NCBI GenBank assembly: GCA_028534125.1
Contig: CM052816.1
Coordinates: 37,760,001-37,824,000, forward strand
Source: Lama glama
Lineage: Eukaryota
Direction: 5' to 3'
DNA: 64,000 bases
The translations under genes and the position numbers were made by a program. The notes under the pieces were generated by a model. The model was given only the letters and a program-made list of their open reading frames with translations, did no database searches and was not told the origin of the DNA. Positions within the stretch are counted from its first letter, which is position 1, and each line of letters starts with the position of its first letter. Positions 1-12,169 of this stretch are shown here, piece by piece.

Positions 1-230
1 TGCAGTGGTCCAGGTGAAAGATGGTCAGGGTAAAAGTGAGGAAATGGGATTAGATTTGAAAGTAGTCAATAGAATCTGTAAATAATTTAGATAAGGATAT
101 GAAGGAGGGGTGGATTCCAAGATATCTTAAAGGTTCTTGTCCAATACAATTAAATAAATAGTGGAGATATTTACTAAGATGGAGAACAAAAGGATCCTGG
201 GTTTAGGGTATTTGGTAGTGTGTGAAACTC
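1..230 (-). mobile_element. Degenerate LINE-2-like fragment
   Basis: Purine-rich motifs (gtggtccaggtgaaagatgg, tttgaaagtag, atttactaagatggagaa) resemble the antisense strand of L2. Recognised by eye only. Confidence 0.4.
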
Positions 231-237
231 CTATAAT

Positions 238-526
238 TGTATACAGGAAATAAAGAATTAAATGGGTGGCAGATAGTGGGAGCTAGGTTTCTCACAGCTG
301 GAGTGGGAAGCTATAGATAAGGAAGAGGAGGAGGTAATATAATCTACATGGTAATGGATTAGAGTTGGAGACATCTTTATGTCTGAATAGACATAAATGG
401 TTACATAAAATGTTTATAGACATTTTAACTTAATACAGACATAGATGGTTACACAGGAATATTTATAGATACTGTGTGTATATATATTGGTTAGGATAGA
501 GCATGTATATTTTCTTGCTCTGACAG
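238..526 (+). mobile_element. Old L1 3'UTR fragment (L1MD-like)
   Basis: gctaggtttctcacagctggagtgggaagctatagataag...tggtaatggattagagttggagacatc matches the recalled L1MD-type 3'UTR. Interrupted at ~527 by a MaLR LTR. Confidence 0.55.
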
Positions 527-738
527 CTGCTGTAACAAAGTAATAGACTGGATGACTTATACACAACATTTATTTTTCACAGTTCTGGAGGCTGGCAAGC
601 CAGGCTCATGGGAGCTTGTAGATTCAGTGTTTGTTTTGGGTCTGCTTCCTAGTTAGCAGTCTTTTCACTGTAACCTTACATGGTGGAAGAGGCAAGGAGC
701 TTTCTTCAAATCATTTTTATAAGAATATTAATTCCATT
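527..738 (-). mobile_element. MaLR LTR fragment (MLT1A-like), truncated
   Basis: ctgctgtaacaaag...atttatttttcacagttctggaggctgg...cttacatggtggaagaggcaaggagc...ttttataagaatattaattccatt is the typical antisense MLT1A/MST layout. It stops abruptly where the L1 begins. Confidence 0.7.
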
Positions 739-1783
739 AAGTCATCTTTAATTTCCTTAGTCAATGTTTTGTAGTTTTCCATGTTTAAGTCTTTCACCTC
801 CTTGGTCAGATTTACTCCTAAGTATTTTATTGTTTTGGATGTGTTTTTAAAAGGAATTGGTTCTTTACTTTCTTTTCCTGCTATTTCATTGTTAGTGTAA
901 AGAAATGCAACTGATTTCTGTATGTTAATCTTGCTGAATACTTTCATCAGCTCTAGTAGTTTCTGTGTGGAGCTTTTAGGGTTTTTTATATATAGTATGT
1001 CATCTGCAAATGTGACAATTTTACCTCTTCTCTTACAACTTTGATCCCTTCTATTTCTTTTTCTTGTCTGATTGCTGTGGATAGGACTTCCAAGACTACA
1101 CTGAATAGAAGTGGGGAGAGTGGGCATGCTTGGCTTGTTCTAGATTTTAGTGGGAATGCTTCAGTTTTTCACCATTGAGTACTATGCTGGCTGTGGGTTG
1201 GTCATAAATAGCTTTAGTTATGCTGAGATGTGTTCCCTCTATATCCACTCTGGTTAGAGTTTTTAATCATAAATGAGTGTTTAATTTTATCAAATGCTTT
1301 TTCTGCATCTGTTGAGATGATCAGATGGTTTTTGTCCTTTCTTTTGTTGATGTGGTGTATCACATAGATTAATTTGCATATGTTGAACCATCCTTATGTC
1401 CCTGTGATGAATCCAACTTGATCATGGGTGTATAATCTCTTTTATGTGCTATTGGATTCTGTTTGCTAATATTTTGTTGAGGATTTTTGCATCTATGTTC
1501 ATCAGTGATATTGGCCTGTAATTTCTTTTTTGGTAGTGTCTTTGTCTGGTTTTGGTATCAGGGTGATGGTGGCTTCATAGAATGAATTTGGGAGTACTCC
1601 TTCCTTTTTAATCTTTTGGAAGAGTTTAAGAAGGATCAATATGAGCTCTTCTTTATATGTCTGGTAGAATTCCCCAGTGAAGCCATCTGGTCCTGTACTT
1701 TTATTGGTAGGGAGGTTTTTTTTTATTGCTGATTCTATTTCATTTCTAGTGATCAGTCTGTTCAAATGGTCTATTTCTTCTTG
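739..1783 (-). mobile_element. L1 ORF2 (RT region) fragment; inverted 5' part of a 5'-inverted L1
   Basis: Minus-strand translations [48 protein letters not shown] (999-1010) and IKYLGVNLTKEVKDL are L1 ORF2 motifs, broken by stops and frameshifts. Confidence 0.92.
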
Positions 1784-2230
1784 AAAATTCCATAAATGAT
1801 AAACACTGGAGTGGGTGTGGAAAAAAGGGAACCCTCCTACACTGCTGGTGCAGCCATTATAGAAAACAGTATAGAGATTCCTCAAGAAACTAAAAATAGA
1901 CTTACCCTATGATCCAGTAATTCCACTCCTGGGCATATATCTGGAGGGAACTCTCATTCAAATAGATACATGTACCCCAATGTTCAGAGCAGCACTATAT
2001 ATAATAGCCAAGACATGGAAGCAACCTAAATGTCCACTGACAGATGACTGGATAAAGTTGTGGTATATTTGTGCAATGGAATGCTACTCAGCCATAAAAA
2101 AGAATAAAATAATTCCACTTGCAGCAACATGGATGGATCTAGAGACTGTCATTCTAAGTAAATTAAGCCAGAAAGAGAAACAAAAATACCATATGATATT
2201 ATTCATATATGGAACCAAAAAAATGAAAAA
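1784..2230 (+). mobile_element. L1 ORF2 C-terminus and start of 3'UTR (non-inverted part)
   Basis: gaaccctcctacactgctggtg, cttaccctatgatccag and the translation [17 protein letters not shown]...YSAIKKN. Ends in an A-rich stretch at ~2217-2230. Confidence 0.9.
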
Positions 2231-2276
2231 GAGGCCACTAATGTTAATGATCTTTATCAAAAAATGAAATTGTTCT

Positions 2277-2410
2277 GGGGGTAGAGTATAGCTCAAGTGG
2301 TAGAGTGCATGCTTAGTATGCACAAGGTCCTGGATTCAATCCCCAGTATCTCCACTGAAAAACCAAAGAAATAGATAAACCTAATTACCTTCCCCTGTTG
2401 GGGGGGGGGA
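2277..2410 (+). mobile_element. tRNA-Ala-derived SINE (camelid vic-1 type)
   Basis: Head 2277-2354 is tRNA-Ala-like (A box TAGCTCAAGTGG, anticodon arm GCATGCTTAGTATGC, B box GGATTCAATCC, ending CTCCA). It is followed by an A-rich linker and AAACCTAATTACCT. Flanking direct repeats are GAAATTGTTC (2266-2275) and GAAATTGTCC (2411-2420). Confidence 0.85.
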
Positions 2411-2419
2411 GAAATTGTC

Positions 2420-3225
2420 CCCATTTTACTAATAGTTTTTAATCACAATGCTTGTTGGATTTCAACTAATGCATTTTGGGGTATCTATTTAAATAACAGT
2501 GTTTGATTCTGTGTTCTTTAAATATAGTAGGTTACAATTAAATTTCTAATTTTTATCTACTCTTGATTCCTAAAATAAATCAAATTTAATCCTGGTTGAT
2601 TATGTTAAACATTGATGGATTTGATTTTCTAATTTTTTTGGTCTATGTTCATTAAAAAGATTGGCCATATTTTTAATGAATACTATTCTGGCTTCATAAA
2701 CTGAATGAGAAAATCATTTTTATACTATTTTAATATATAAAGGAATATTAATTGGTGATTTTTTTCCTTAATGTTGAGAACAGTGCTTTAATGGAGCCAT
2801 CTGGGACAGATATCCTAGAGAGAACTCTTTTTAGAAAAATAATTATGCAAATTATTTCTTGATTAGATACATGATTATTTTGATATTATTATCTGTTATT
2901 TTGGATTTAGTTTTGGTAAGTCTGTTTTTCTAAGAATTCATCTATTTCACCTCATTTTTTAAATTGTTGTCATAGTTATTCCTAGATCCTCTAGTCTTTG
3001 TAATTCCTGAAAGATCTGTAGTGGTGTCTTTGTTTATAATTTCTCATATTGAGTTCTACCTTCTGTTTCCCCCTTTTATAGCATTCTTCTATTATGTATT
3101 TGTTTTCTACTTGTTTTCTGTTCTAATTTTTATTAGTTCTTTTGTGTTACTTTTTTTCACTTTGCCCTTACTACACAGTTTCTTTTCTGACTTGCTGAGA
3201 AGGATACATAAATCACTGATTTGAC
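2420..3225 (-). mobile_element. Ancient, highly diverged L1M ORF2 fragment
   Basis: T-rich antisense L1 motifs: tgttggatttc, tctatgttcat, tctggcttcataaa, gagccatctggg, ttttggtaagtctgtttttctaagaa. Confidence 0.6.
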
Positions 3226-3269
3226 CTTTTTTTTCCTTTTACAATATGAGCTACAATTTTTATATTATC

Positions 3270-3454
3270 TTTCCAGATTTACTGATGTGTAACTAACAAA
3301 GAGAAATTGTAAATATTTAAAGTGTATAGATTGATATTTTGATACATGTGGACTGTGAAAGGATTACCACAATCAACCTAGTTAACATATCTATTACCTT
3401 ACATAGTTACTATCTTGTGTGTGTGGTAAGAACATTTTATATTAAATCTCTTAG
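3270..3454 (-). mobile_element. L1 3' terminus (L1MA8/9-like)
   Basis: tttactgatgtgtaact...tgtgaaaggattaccacaatcaacctagttaacatatctattaccttacatagttac...gtaagaacatt is the antisense of a eutherian L1MA 3' end. Confidence 0.75.
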
Positions 3455-4281
3455 TATACAAAAATCAACTCAAAATGGATTCAATACATAGACATGAAAC
3501 TAAAACTCATAAAACATAGGGATAAAGCTTTTTGACATTGGTCTGGGCAGCTTTTTTTGGATGAGTTCAAAAGCAAATGCAACAAAAGAAAATTCAGGCA
3601 AATAGGATTACATCAAACTAAAAAGCTCCTACATAGCGAAAGAAACAAAGAAAACAATCGACAGTGTAAAAGGCAACTTATGGAATGAGAAAAAATATTA
3701 GCAAATCATATGTCTGATAAAGGGTTAATATCCAAGATATGTTAGGAATTCAAGCAGCTCAACAGAAAACAAACAAACAAACTTTTTTAAACATAGGCAA
3801 AAGGACATTTTTCTAGAGAAGATATGCAAATGGCCAATGAGTCCATGAAATGATGCTCAACATCACTAATCATCAAGGGAGTGCAACTGAAAATGACAAT
3901 GAAGTATCACCTCACACCTGTTAGAATGGCTACTATCAAAAAGACAAAAGATAGCCAGCGTTGGTGAGGATGTGGCAAAAACAGAGCTCCTATATATTGC
4001 TGGTAGAAATGTAAACTTGTATATTCACTGTGGAAACAGTATGGAGGTTCGTCAAAAAATTAAAATAGAACTACCATATGATCCAGAAATTTTACTTCTG
4101 GGTATCTATCCAAAGGAAGTGAACTCAGTATTTCTAGACAGATCTGTGTTTCCATGCTCATAGCAGCATTATTCACAATAGTCAAGATAAAAGAACAACC
4201 CGTGTCTGTTGATGGATGAATGGATAAAGGAAGTGTGATATATGCTGTATGGCAATATTATTCAGCCTTAAAAAAGGAGGA
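3455..4281 (+). mobile_element. L1 ORF2 C-terminal region, opposite orientation to the adjoining 3' end
   Basis: tatacaaaaatcaactcaaaatggat...catcaaactaaaaagct...cacctcacacctgttagaatggct, the translation IELPYDPEILLLGIYPKE, and tattcagccttaaaaaagg. Confidence 0.85.
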
Positions 4282-7200
4282 GAGGTAGATACTCTAGATG
4301 TTGTAGTCTTCATTTGGAGAAGATGACTCTCTCTAGCAGGCATGAGAGCAGTCGATCTCCTCGACCCCCTGGGACTTTGCTGACACAGCTGGTTTCAAAT
4401 TTGTGTAATTCTTGATTTACCTTTCACTCACTCCCAAAATTTCATTAAAGACCTGAAATTTGGTATAATAGCCTGAATTAAGTAAGAAAAAAAATCATTA
4501 AAAGCAACTACCAGCCCCACAGTTCTATGTATTTCTTATTGTTCGGATACAGATATTTACAGTATTGACCTCATGCCTCACCTTGCACCTTTAGTTTATC
4601 TCAGTTGACCAGATGGTGAAACTGTACTAACTGCACTCCCATAACATCATAACCACCAGCAATGTGGCCCTTACGGCCTCATTGAAGCTTATGATCCAAC
4701 TCCAAGAGCTCACCTTAAGTCTGGGGGAGATTTCAAGATAACAAGAGTGAGGGAAAAAAGAGGAAATGAAATATCAAAAACAAATTTAAAGTTCTTTAAA
4801 TTGAGCTGGCCTCAGTTTCCAAAGAAAACACAGTTACTTACCAGGGAAAGTGGGAAATCTTACAGACAGACAATTTGAAACGACCATATCTTGGAGAAAG
4901 AAGAGTTCTTTCTCTGCCTGCTCCATCCTGCCTATCATCCCTCATTGTTCCACCGTCCCTCAGTGGAGCATTAACATTCCACATTTCCAGGTTATGGCAC
5001 AGACCCTTCCAGTGACCAGTCAGAACATCCTGCCTGCCTCTGATCAGGCTGTGGTGTCTTCCACTTACAGAGTCTTAAAAGGCTGTGGAAAAACCAAGTC
5101 CTCATACCTCGGGAGACTGGGACCGTCAGGTTAGGAGTGGCTTCTGGGTTTCTCCTTTGAGCAAGAGGCTGAGGCCCAGGGAGCAGGGGGAACTGACAAC
5201 CTTCGGAAATTGCATAAACTGGACCTGGTAGAGGGAGCAATAGAATGTATATATTTGAATTCACCAGTGCACTGATGTTAAATCCTTTCCTGTCCTGAAT
5301 ACAAACGCCTACCCTTAAGATACATTAGGTTTAGCCAAAATTTATTCCTTCCTTCCTTCCTTCTTTCTTTTCCCTGTCTTTTTTACTCCTCTATCTCCAG
5401 AGCCAAGAAAGAGCCTGACATATAAGGTTAGCAAAAAGGGTGCTAGTATATACAAATGAGATATTCAGAATCAAATCAAGTATCATTGAAATAGCTATGA
5501 GTTGTATGCAACCAACAGAGATAGTAGGAAAATAATTCAAAATCAGTTAGTGAATAGATTAAATCCAAAAAAATATTGAATCAGTTTGGGGATGGGTTGA
5601 ATTTGCAAACATGAATGAGATCTAAGAATCAAGTAATAGTTAATTTCAATTTATGGATGTGGGTTAAGAGACAAAAACCTGTGTTAAATAAAACCTCCAT
5701 TTAAGTGAGTATAAGACACTCTCAAGCCATGTCCACTCAAATTCCTCTTTCCAGCCCGTGTCTCTGGTTGATATGTGACATAGCCAGGGGAAAGTATAAC
5801 AACAATTTTCTTGCTCTGTTATCAAGGTATCATCAAGTGTCCTGATGGTCTAATTATTTGCTAATGACTAAGGGAAGTTTAGAATTAAATAGAAAAATGG
5901 AATAAATCAAATGCATAAACACTTGGTATTCATATTTTAAAAGTTTGCCAATACATTTTGGGTATTTATTATTTTTGGAGCCGTTTAATATAATTTGTCA
6001 TGGGAAATTGTGATTCCATTTTAAAATAAGTAAATAAGTAACTGCCTTAGTCTTTGAGTTTAAGTTGTAAGAAAACGATAATAGTTTAAATTCACAAAAA
6101 CAATTATAGTTCATTATATTTAAGCTTGATTCATTAGAATCTATGAATTACTTAAGTGCTTGAGAGAGTTCATTTGGTTTCTCAGGCAATTTGAGGACTT
6201 AAAAAGAAATTATTAACACTATAAATGCTGATAACTTGTAAACATGTAAGTCACAAAACAATAAAAGCCCTTTTAACAGTCATAATTAAATCATACTAAA
6301 TTACTAGATATTATAAGAGTGTTGATTGAATTTAAATTTTCAATATGTTCTTTCATATATTGAATCAACAAATTGAACATCAATTTAAAGAACCAGGTTG
6401 CTACAAGTATTTTCTCTGTTTACAAAAAACACCATCAATACACCATGAAACTTCCAAAGTGTATATTTATTTCTCAAGAAATATTTGTTACATTGAGAAC
6501 GAACAGTTAGTATTTTAGTTTCTTTAGAATCTGTAGAATCATCTACGTTGTGAGTTGTATACAAGTTTGCAGAGAATTCCCCCCTCTGGAGCTACTGATC
6601 TTGGCGGAGTCCAGAAATCATTGTTTTTCACAATGCCTCTTTTGAGTCTCGCAGTAGGCAAATTTGTGATATACTGCCCTGAGGCACGCTCCTAATTTGC
6701 TTCCTAGCCAGGCTTTGTCTAAAGTCTTTTGACTAAGTCTCGTGTCTTACGCCACCAATCTTTCTGCCACAAACTATTCCTCTGCATAGACAGATATCAA
6801 TGCTAGCTGATACTCTGCCTTACTAGCTGGGATTTCCTCGCGGCCTCTAGATCAGACCTACTCTGGTATCTGTCCTGAGCTAAGAACCTGGATAATGTGT
6901 TCTGATCCATCAGCAGGCTGCTTACTAAGCTCATTTCATGATAATTCTTTTCGGTTTATGACAGTCTACTGGTGTCAGAAATAGGCAAGAAAATAGCAAT
7001 TGGGACTGTAACTCGTAGCAGAGCTTGACGACTTTTATCTCCCTTTCAGAGAAGCAACTCAGTTACTATGAGTGTTTATTTGAATATGTGAAGATTACAC
7101 TAAATGTCTTGAGTGACTTTTTTTTTGGACACTATCTCAAAAATGATTCCGTTTTTGCTACTTATAATAAAATCAAATACTTCATTTAGTTGAAAATGCA

Positions 7201-9597
7201 GAAAATAACCTTCCAGTTTGATCTGTTCCTAGGATGTGCCATTTGAACATTAATAATTCCTTTTATAATTCACAGATGTCATTTTGCTATGAAATGATAC
7301 CTGTATGTAAAATCACAGGTAAATATGCTTATTCAATAACCACCAGCCAAAGAGATTATACAGACGGTGGCAGATTGGTTCTTAAAGTTACTGAAATCTG
7401 TGCCATTTTCTACCATCACTTTATATTCAGAATACTGCATCTGAATCAGAACTGTGATTATTGAGGGCCACCTCTTATATCCTACTGTCTGCCAGCAGAA
7501 TTACTTGGGCTGAGCTGAATTTTTAAAATCTACTGGCTTTTTCTAAAAAAGTAAAATGCATAAACCTATCATTTAGGATAAATGGGTTTTCTAGTACCCA
7601 ATGCCTAAAAAAGTTTGCTCTCCATGAAGCCTTACATCCACAAACGTGTCAGATCTCTCCATTCCAAATCACCCTAAATTAAATTCCCTCACATATTTGC
7701 TCTTATTTTCACTTTCTTTTTCAAAAATTGAAAGCAGAATTTAGTCATTTTTATACTGAAAATAAGAATACCTTTTGTTAGTCATGTCAATTAGAAGATT
7801 GAGGACAGAAAGATCAGGAAAGCAGTGTCTTGTAAGATCACTGTAGCTGCAAATTTGCAGCACAGTAATTTCCCAGCATGTGCTAACTGTTCAGCTCATC
7901 CGGGCACACTCAGTCAGCAAGTAAGGAAGCAAAGAGAAAAGAAGATAATCAATGGTAATCATTTCTGTATTTTTTTTCCTGTTCCCTTCAAATGCCATTG
8001 TCATCTCACTTATGAAAGAAAAACAAACTGCAATTCAGAAAATTATAAAAATAAAAAGGAGAAAGTGCTATTTAGAGGCAGGAAATATTCATGTGAGTAG
8101 AAGGGAAGGTTTGCTTTCTTCAACAATGAACGAGTATACTTTTGCAACAAGAAAGGATAACAGCATGTTGTTATAATGATGTGGCCATTGTAACGGAAAT
8201 CCTAAAGTATTGCATAATGAATTATGTGTCTGTATCAGCAGGAGATAAGCAGCCAAACTGGACTAGAGATGATAGTCATACACAGTCTCATCCAGATTAT
8301 TTTCGATTTTTAGCGTAATCAATTAAAACTGAAGAATCCAGTTTCTAAATACGTGATTAACTGATAATAGTTTCTATACTAATATGGCTGATCACAGTAC
8401 TCATTAACTATCTAATATACTTTTCTAGCATACAGATTTGTAGGTGCCATTGTTTATAGCAAGGCTGAAATGAGCTCAAAGTCACTGTAATTTCATACTC
8501 GTTTGCATATATATGTATATTTTCAGGCATGAGCTCAATTTGAATAAAGATATGCATTCAAAGTGATTTAAAATTGACATACTAATCAAAATCCCTCAAA
8601 CATATATTCAAATTACACAATTTAATTTTATAATATCCTTATGTCATCTAGGCATAATAAGGTGAATTCAAAAGGATACACTTCAATACCTGCATTTCTT
8701 TTTAATTTGGGGTTCAAGAGAAATGTTCCAGTTAAAATATTTGAGAAAAGGCATTGTCTTCTTCAGAGTATTTTTATATGTTTTAGGGTTTTTTTTGCTG
8801 ACAATTCATGATGAAATTCAGATCTTATAATATTTACATTTGGGGATATTATCAAATCATAGTTTATGCATGTTAACATTTACTTTGTTGTGATAACCTT
8901 AGAATCATTCTACTGTCATCACATTTCTTGTTTCTAAATTCTAGTTTAATAGCAGAAGGCATGGAAGTGGACAGGAACATGTCCAAAGAAAACTTGACCC
9001 AACTTTTGGGCATAAATTTGGTGTTTAGATCTCACTTGCTGCCTTTTGTTTAATTTACCAAGTTATTTGGCTCCTCAGATAAGCATCAGATTAAAGTCTA
9101 TTAGTCAGGATAATGTTCTATATACAATTTTCCAGATGCCCTGGCCATAGATGGTTATGTCCACGTCTAATGGGTAACCAGTTATCTAAAGTGAAAAGTA
9201 CCTTTCAGCAAACATTTTCATGATTGATGACAACTCATGAGTGATCACAGTGCAGCACATTTACCTCTTAGATAACTTGACCCACTAAGAATCCTCAGCA
9301 AGGTTTTTGCCAGTCAGGCAGGAATCTCATCTACACTGTTAACAATTATCACATGTCTGTTCTCTCTCCTTTTAGGTGAAACTCTACAGATAAGTCTAAA
9401 AGTTTCTTCCTTAAAGCTGTAAGAATGCCTGTGTGTTGGACTTTCTCCTAATTTTGTCCAAAACACCTGTTTCATTTCCTTATATGCCCCTTCTCTTACT
9501 TAAATGGGCATACAAGTCTTCCCTCTTGTAATTATCTATTTCTGTCTCTAGCATCTTCAGAACTTAAGAGCTCTGGATTCCTTGGAGACATGAGCTT

Positions 9598-10292
9598 TAT
9601 TTTTATTTTTTTAATAAAAAGTTTACTCTATAATGACTTTAGATTTAGAGAGTAGTTAGGACAGTAACATATGCTCCACATGCCCCATAGACCCACACTC
9701 AGTTTCTCCTGTTATTAACATTTTATGTTACTATGGTATATTTGTCACAATGAATAAATATTGAAACATTATTAACACAAGTTCATAACTTAGTTTACTT
9801 TCTACTTAATATTCTATCAGATTTCTTTACTTTCTATCTACTATCCTCTTTTTTTCCAGAGTCCCATCCAGGGAACATGGCATTTAGTCCTCATGGCTCA
9901 TAAGATTCCTCTTAATGTAACAATTTTTTAGACTCCTCTTGTTTTCCGTGACTTTGACAATTTTGCAGCATACTGGTCAGATAATTTGTAGCATTTACCT
10001 CATAACTGGGATTTGTCTAGTGTTACCATGATTAGACTATGTTCTTTTTTAAGGAAGTACACAAAGGGAAAATGGTATTCTCACACATCATCAGGAGTAC
10101 ATAATATCAACATGACTTACTGCTGTTGATACTAACCCTGCTTATTTGGCTGCTGAAGTAGTGTTTGTCAGGATTCTCCACAGTAAGTTATTCTTGTTTT
10201 GCTTTTTCTCTGCTGTGCTCTGTGGAAGGAAGTGACTATGTGCAGCCCACTTCAAGCATGAGGACTTACACTGTATCTCCTTGAAGGATATG
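9598..10292 (-). mobile_element. Old L1MC-type 3'UTR (host element, left part)
   Basis: T-tract at ~9598-9612, then cagtttctcctgttattaacattt...cccatccaggga...catttagtcctcatg...tttgtcaggattctccacagtaag, typical of antisense L1MC4/5-like 3' ends. Confidence 0.65.
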
Positions 10293-10294
10293 TG

Positions 10295-12168
10295 GCGATT
10301 AAACAACACACTTGTAAATAACTCATAGGTCAAAAAAGAAATCTCAAGAGAAATCAAAAAATACTTTGAACTAAATAAAACACAACTTATCCAAATTTGG
10401 GGAATGCATCAAAAGCAGTACTTAGAGGAGTTTATAGAATTGAATACATATATTAAGAAAAGAAGAAAGATCTAAAATCAATAATCAAAGTTTCTCCCAC
10501 AGAGAACTAGAAAAAGAAGCAAACAAAATACCAAGTAAACAGAAGAAAAGAAATAAAAATAATTATAACAGAAATGAAAATAAATAAAAAGAATTAGAAA
10601 TTAGAAATAAAATTGAAATCAGGGAAAAATAGAGAAAATAAATGAAATGAAAAGCTGTTTTAAAAAAATCAATACAGTTATAAGCCTTAGCCAGGCTAAG
10701 AAACAGAAAGGTCACAAATTATTAATAGAAGAAATGAAAGAGGGGACATCACTACAGATACTGTGAACATTAAAAAGGATAATAAAGGAATAATATCAAC
10801 AATTGTTATGTCCACATATTTGAGAACCTAGAATGAAAAGGACCAATTCTTTGAAAGTCAAAAGCTGCCAAAACTCACACGAGAAGAAACAGACTATCTG
10901 AATAGGCCTGCATCTAGTAAAGAAGCCGGGTGGCCCTGGGTACACTGATGACTTTATAAGTACAACACCAAAGGCACAACCCATGAAAGAAATAATTGAC
11001 AAACTGAACTTCGTTAATGTGAAAAACTTTTGCTCTGCAGAAGTCTCTGACAAGAGAAAGAGACAACAAACCAAGGACTGGGAGAAAATGTTTGCAAAAG
11101 ACACATTTGATAAAGGACTGTCACCAAAATGTAAAAAGAACCCTTAAAATTCAACAATTAGAAAACAAACAAGCTGATTAATAAATTGCCAAATTCCTGA
11201 AAAGACACCTCATCGAAGAAGACAGACAGATGGCAGATAAGCATATGAAAAGATATTCAACATAATATGTCTTCAGAAGAATGCAAATGAAAACAACAGT
11301 AAGGTACCACTATACATTTGTTAGAATGGTCAAAACCCAGAACACTGACACCCATGCTAGCAAAGACGTGGCAAGGATAAGGAGTAAAAGAGACTCTCGT
11401 TCATTCCTGGTGGGAACGGACAATGGTATAACCACTTGGAAGGCAGTTTGGCAGTTATTAATCTTGAATTACCATACTCATACTCTTACCATGTGATCCA
11501 GCAATCGTGCTTCTTGGTATTTACCAAAAGTTGAAAACTTACGTCCACACAAAACCTGCACCTGGATATACAGAAGTCTTATATAAAATTGCCAAAACTT
11601 AGAAGCAATGAAATTATTCTTCAGTAGGTGAATAGATAAAATACACTGTAGTACCTCCAGACAATGGAGTATTATTCTGTGCAATGAGAAAATGAACTAT
11701 CATGCCAGGAAAAGGCAAGGAAGGAACTTAAGTGCTTATTGCTAAGTGAAAGCAGCTCATCTGAAAAGATCACATATTGTCTGATTCCAACTATATGACA
11801 TTCCAGAAAAGGCAAAATGATGGAGATGGTAACATATCAGTGGGGAGGAGATGAATGGGGTGTGGGTAGTGCTGAAGAATTTCAGGGAATTGAAAATACC
11901 CTGTATGATGATGAATACATGTTATTGTATGCTTGTCCAAAGGCACAGACTGTACACCACCAAGTGTGTAACCTGTTGTAAGCTCTGGATGGTTATGATT
12001 TCTAAATGGAGGTTTACCAGTTGTAACAAGTGTACCTCTCTGGCAGGGGATGCTGATAATGAAGGGGGCTATACATGTGTGGAGGCAGCAGTATATGGGA
12101 AATCCTTGCACCTTCCTCTCAATTTCGCTGTGAGCCTGAAACTCCTTTTTTAAAAGGGTCTTTAAAAA
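10295..12168 (+). mobile_element. 5'-truncated, internally deleted L1 (L1MC1/L1MB-like) inserted in an older L1
   Basis: ORF2 linker (aaagcagtacttagagg, ggggacatcactacagat) jumps at ~10925 to the C-terminal region (TTPKAQPMKEIIDKLNF; MQMKTTVRYH). The 3' end is gtatatgggaaatccttgcaccttcctctcaatttcgctgtgagcctgaaact. Confidence 0.85.
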
Positions 12169-12169
12169 T

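Noticed and set aside
2277..2354. Apparent tRNA-Ala/Thr gene
   Set aside because: The acceptor stem and T arm are imperfect, the anticodon is altered (AGT), and it has a SINE body and TSDs. It is a SINE head, not a tRNA gene.
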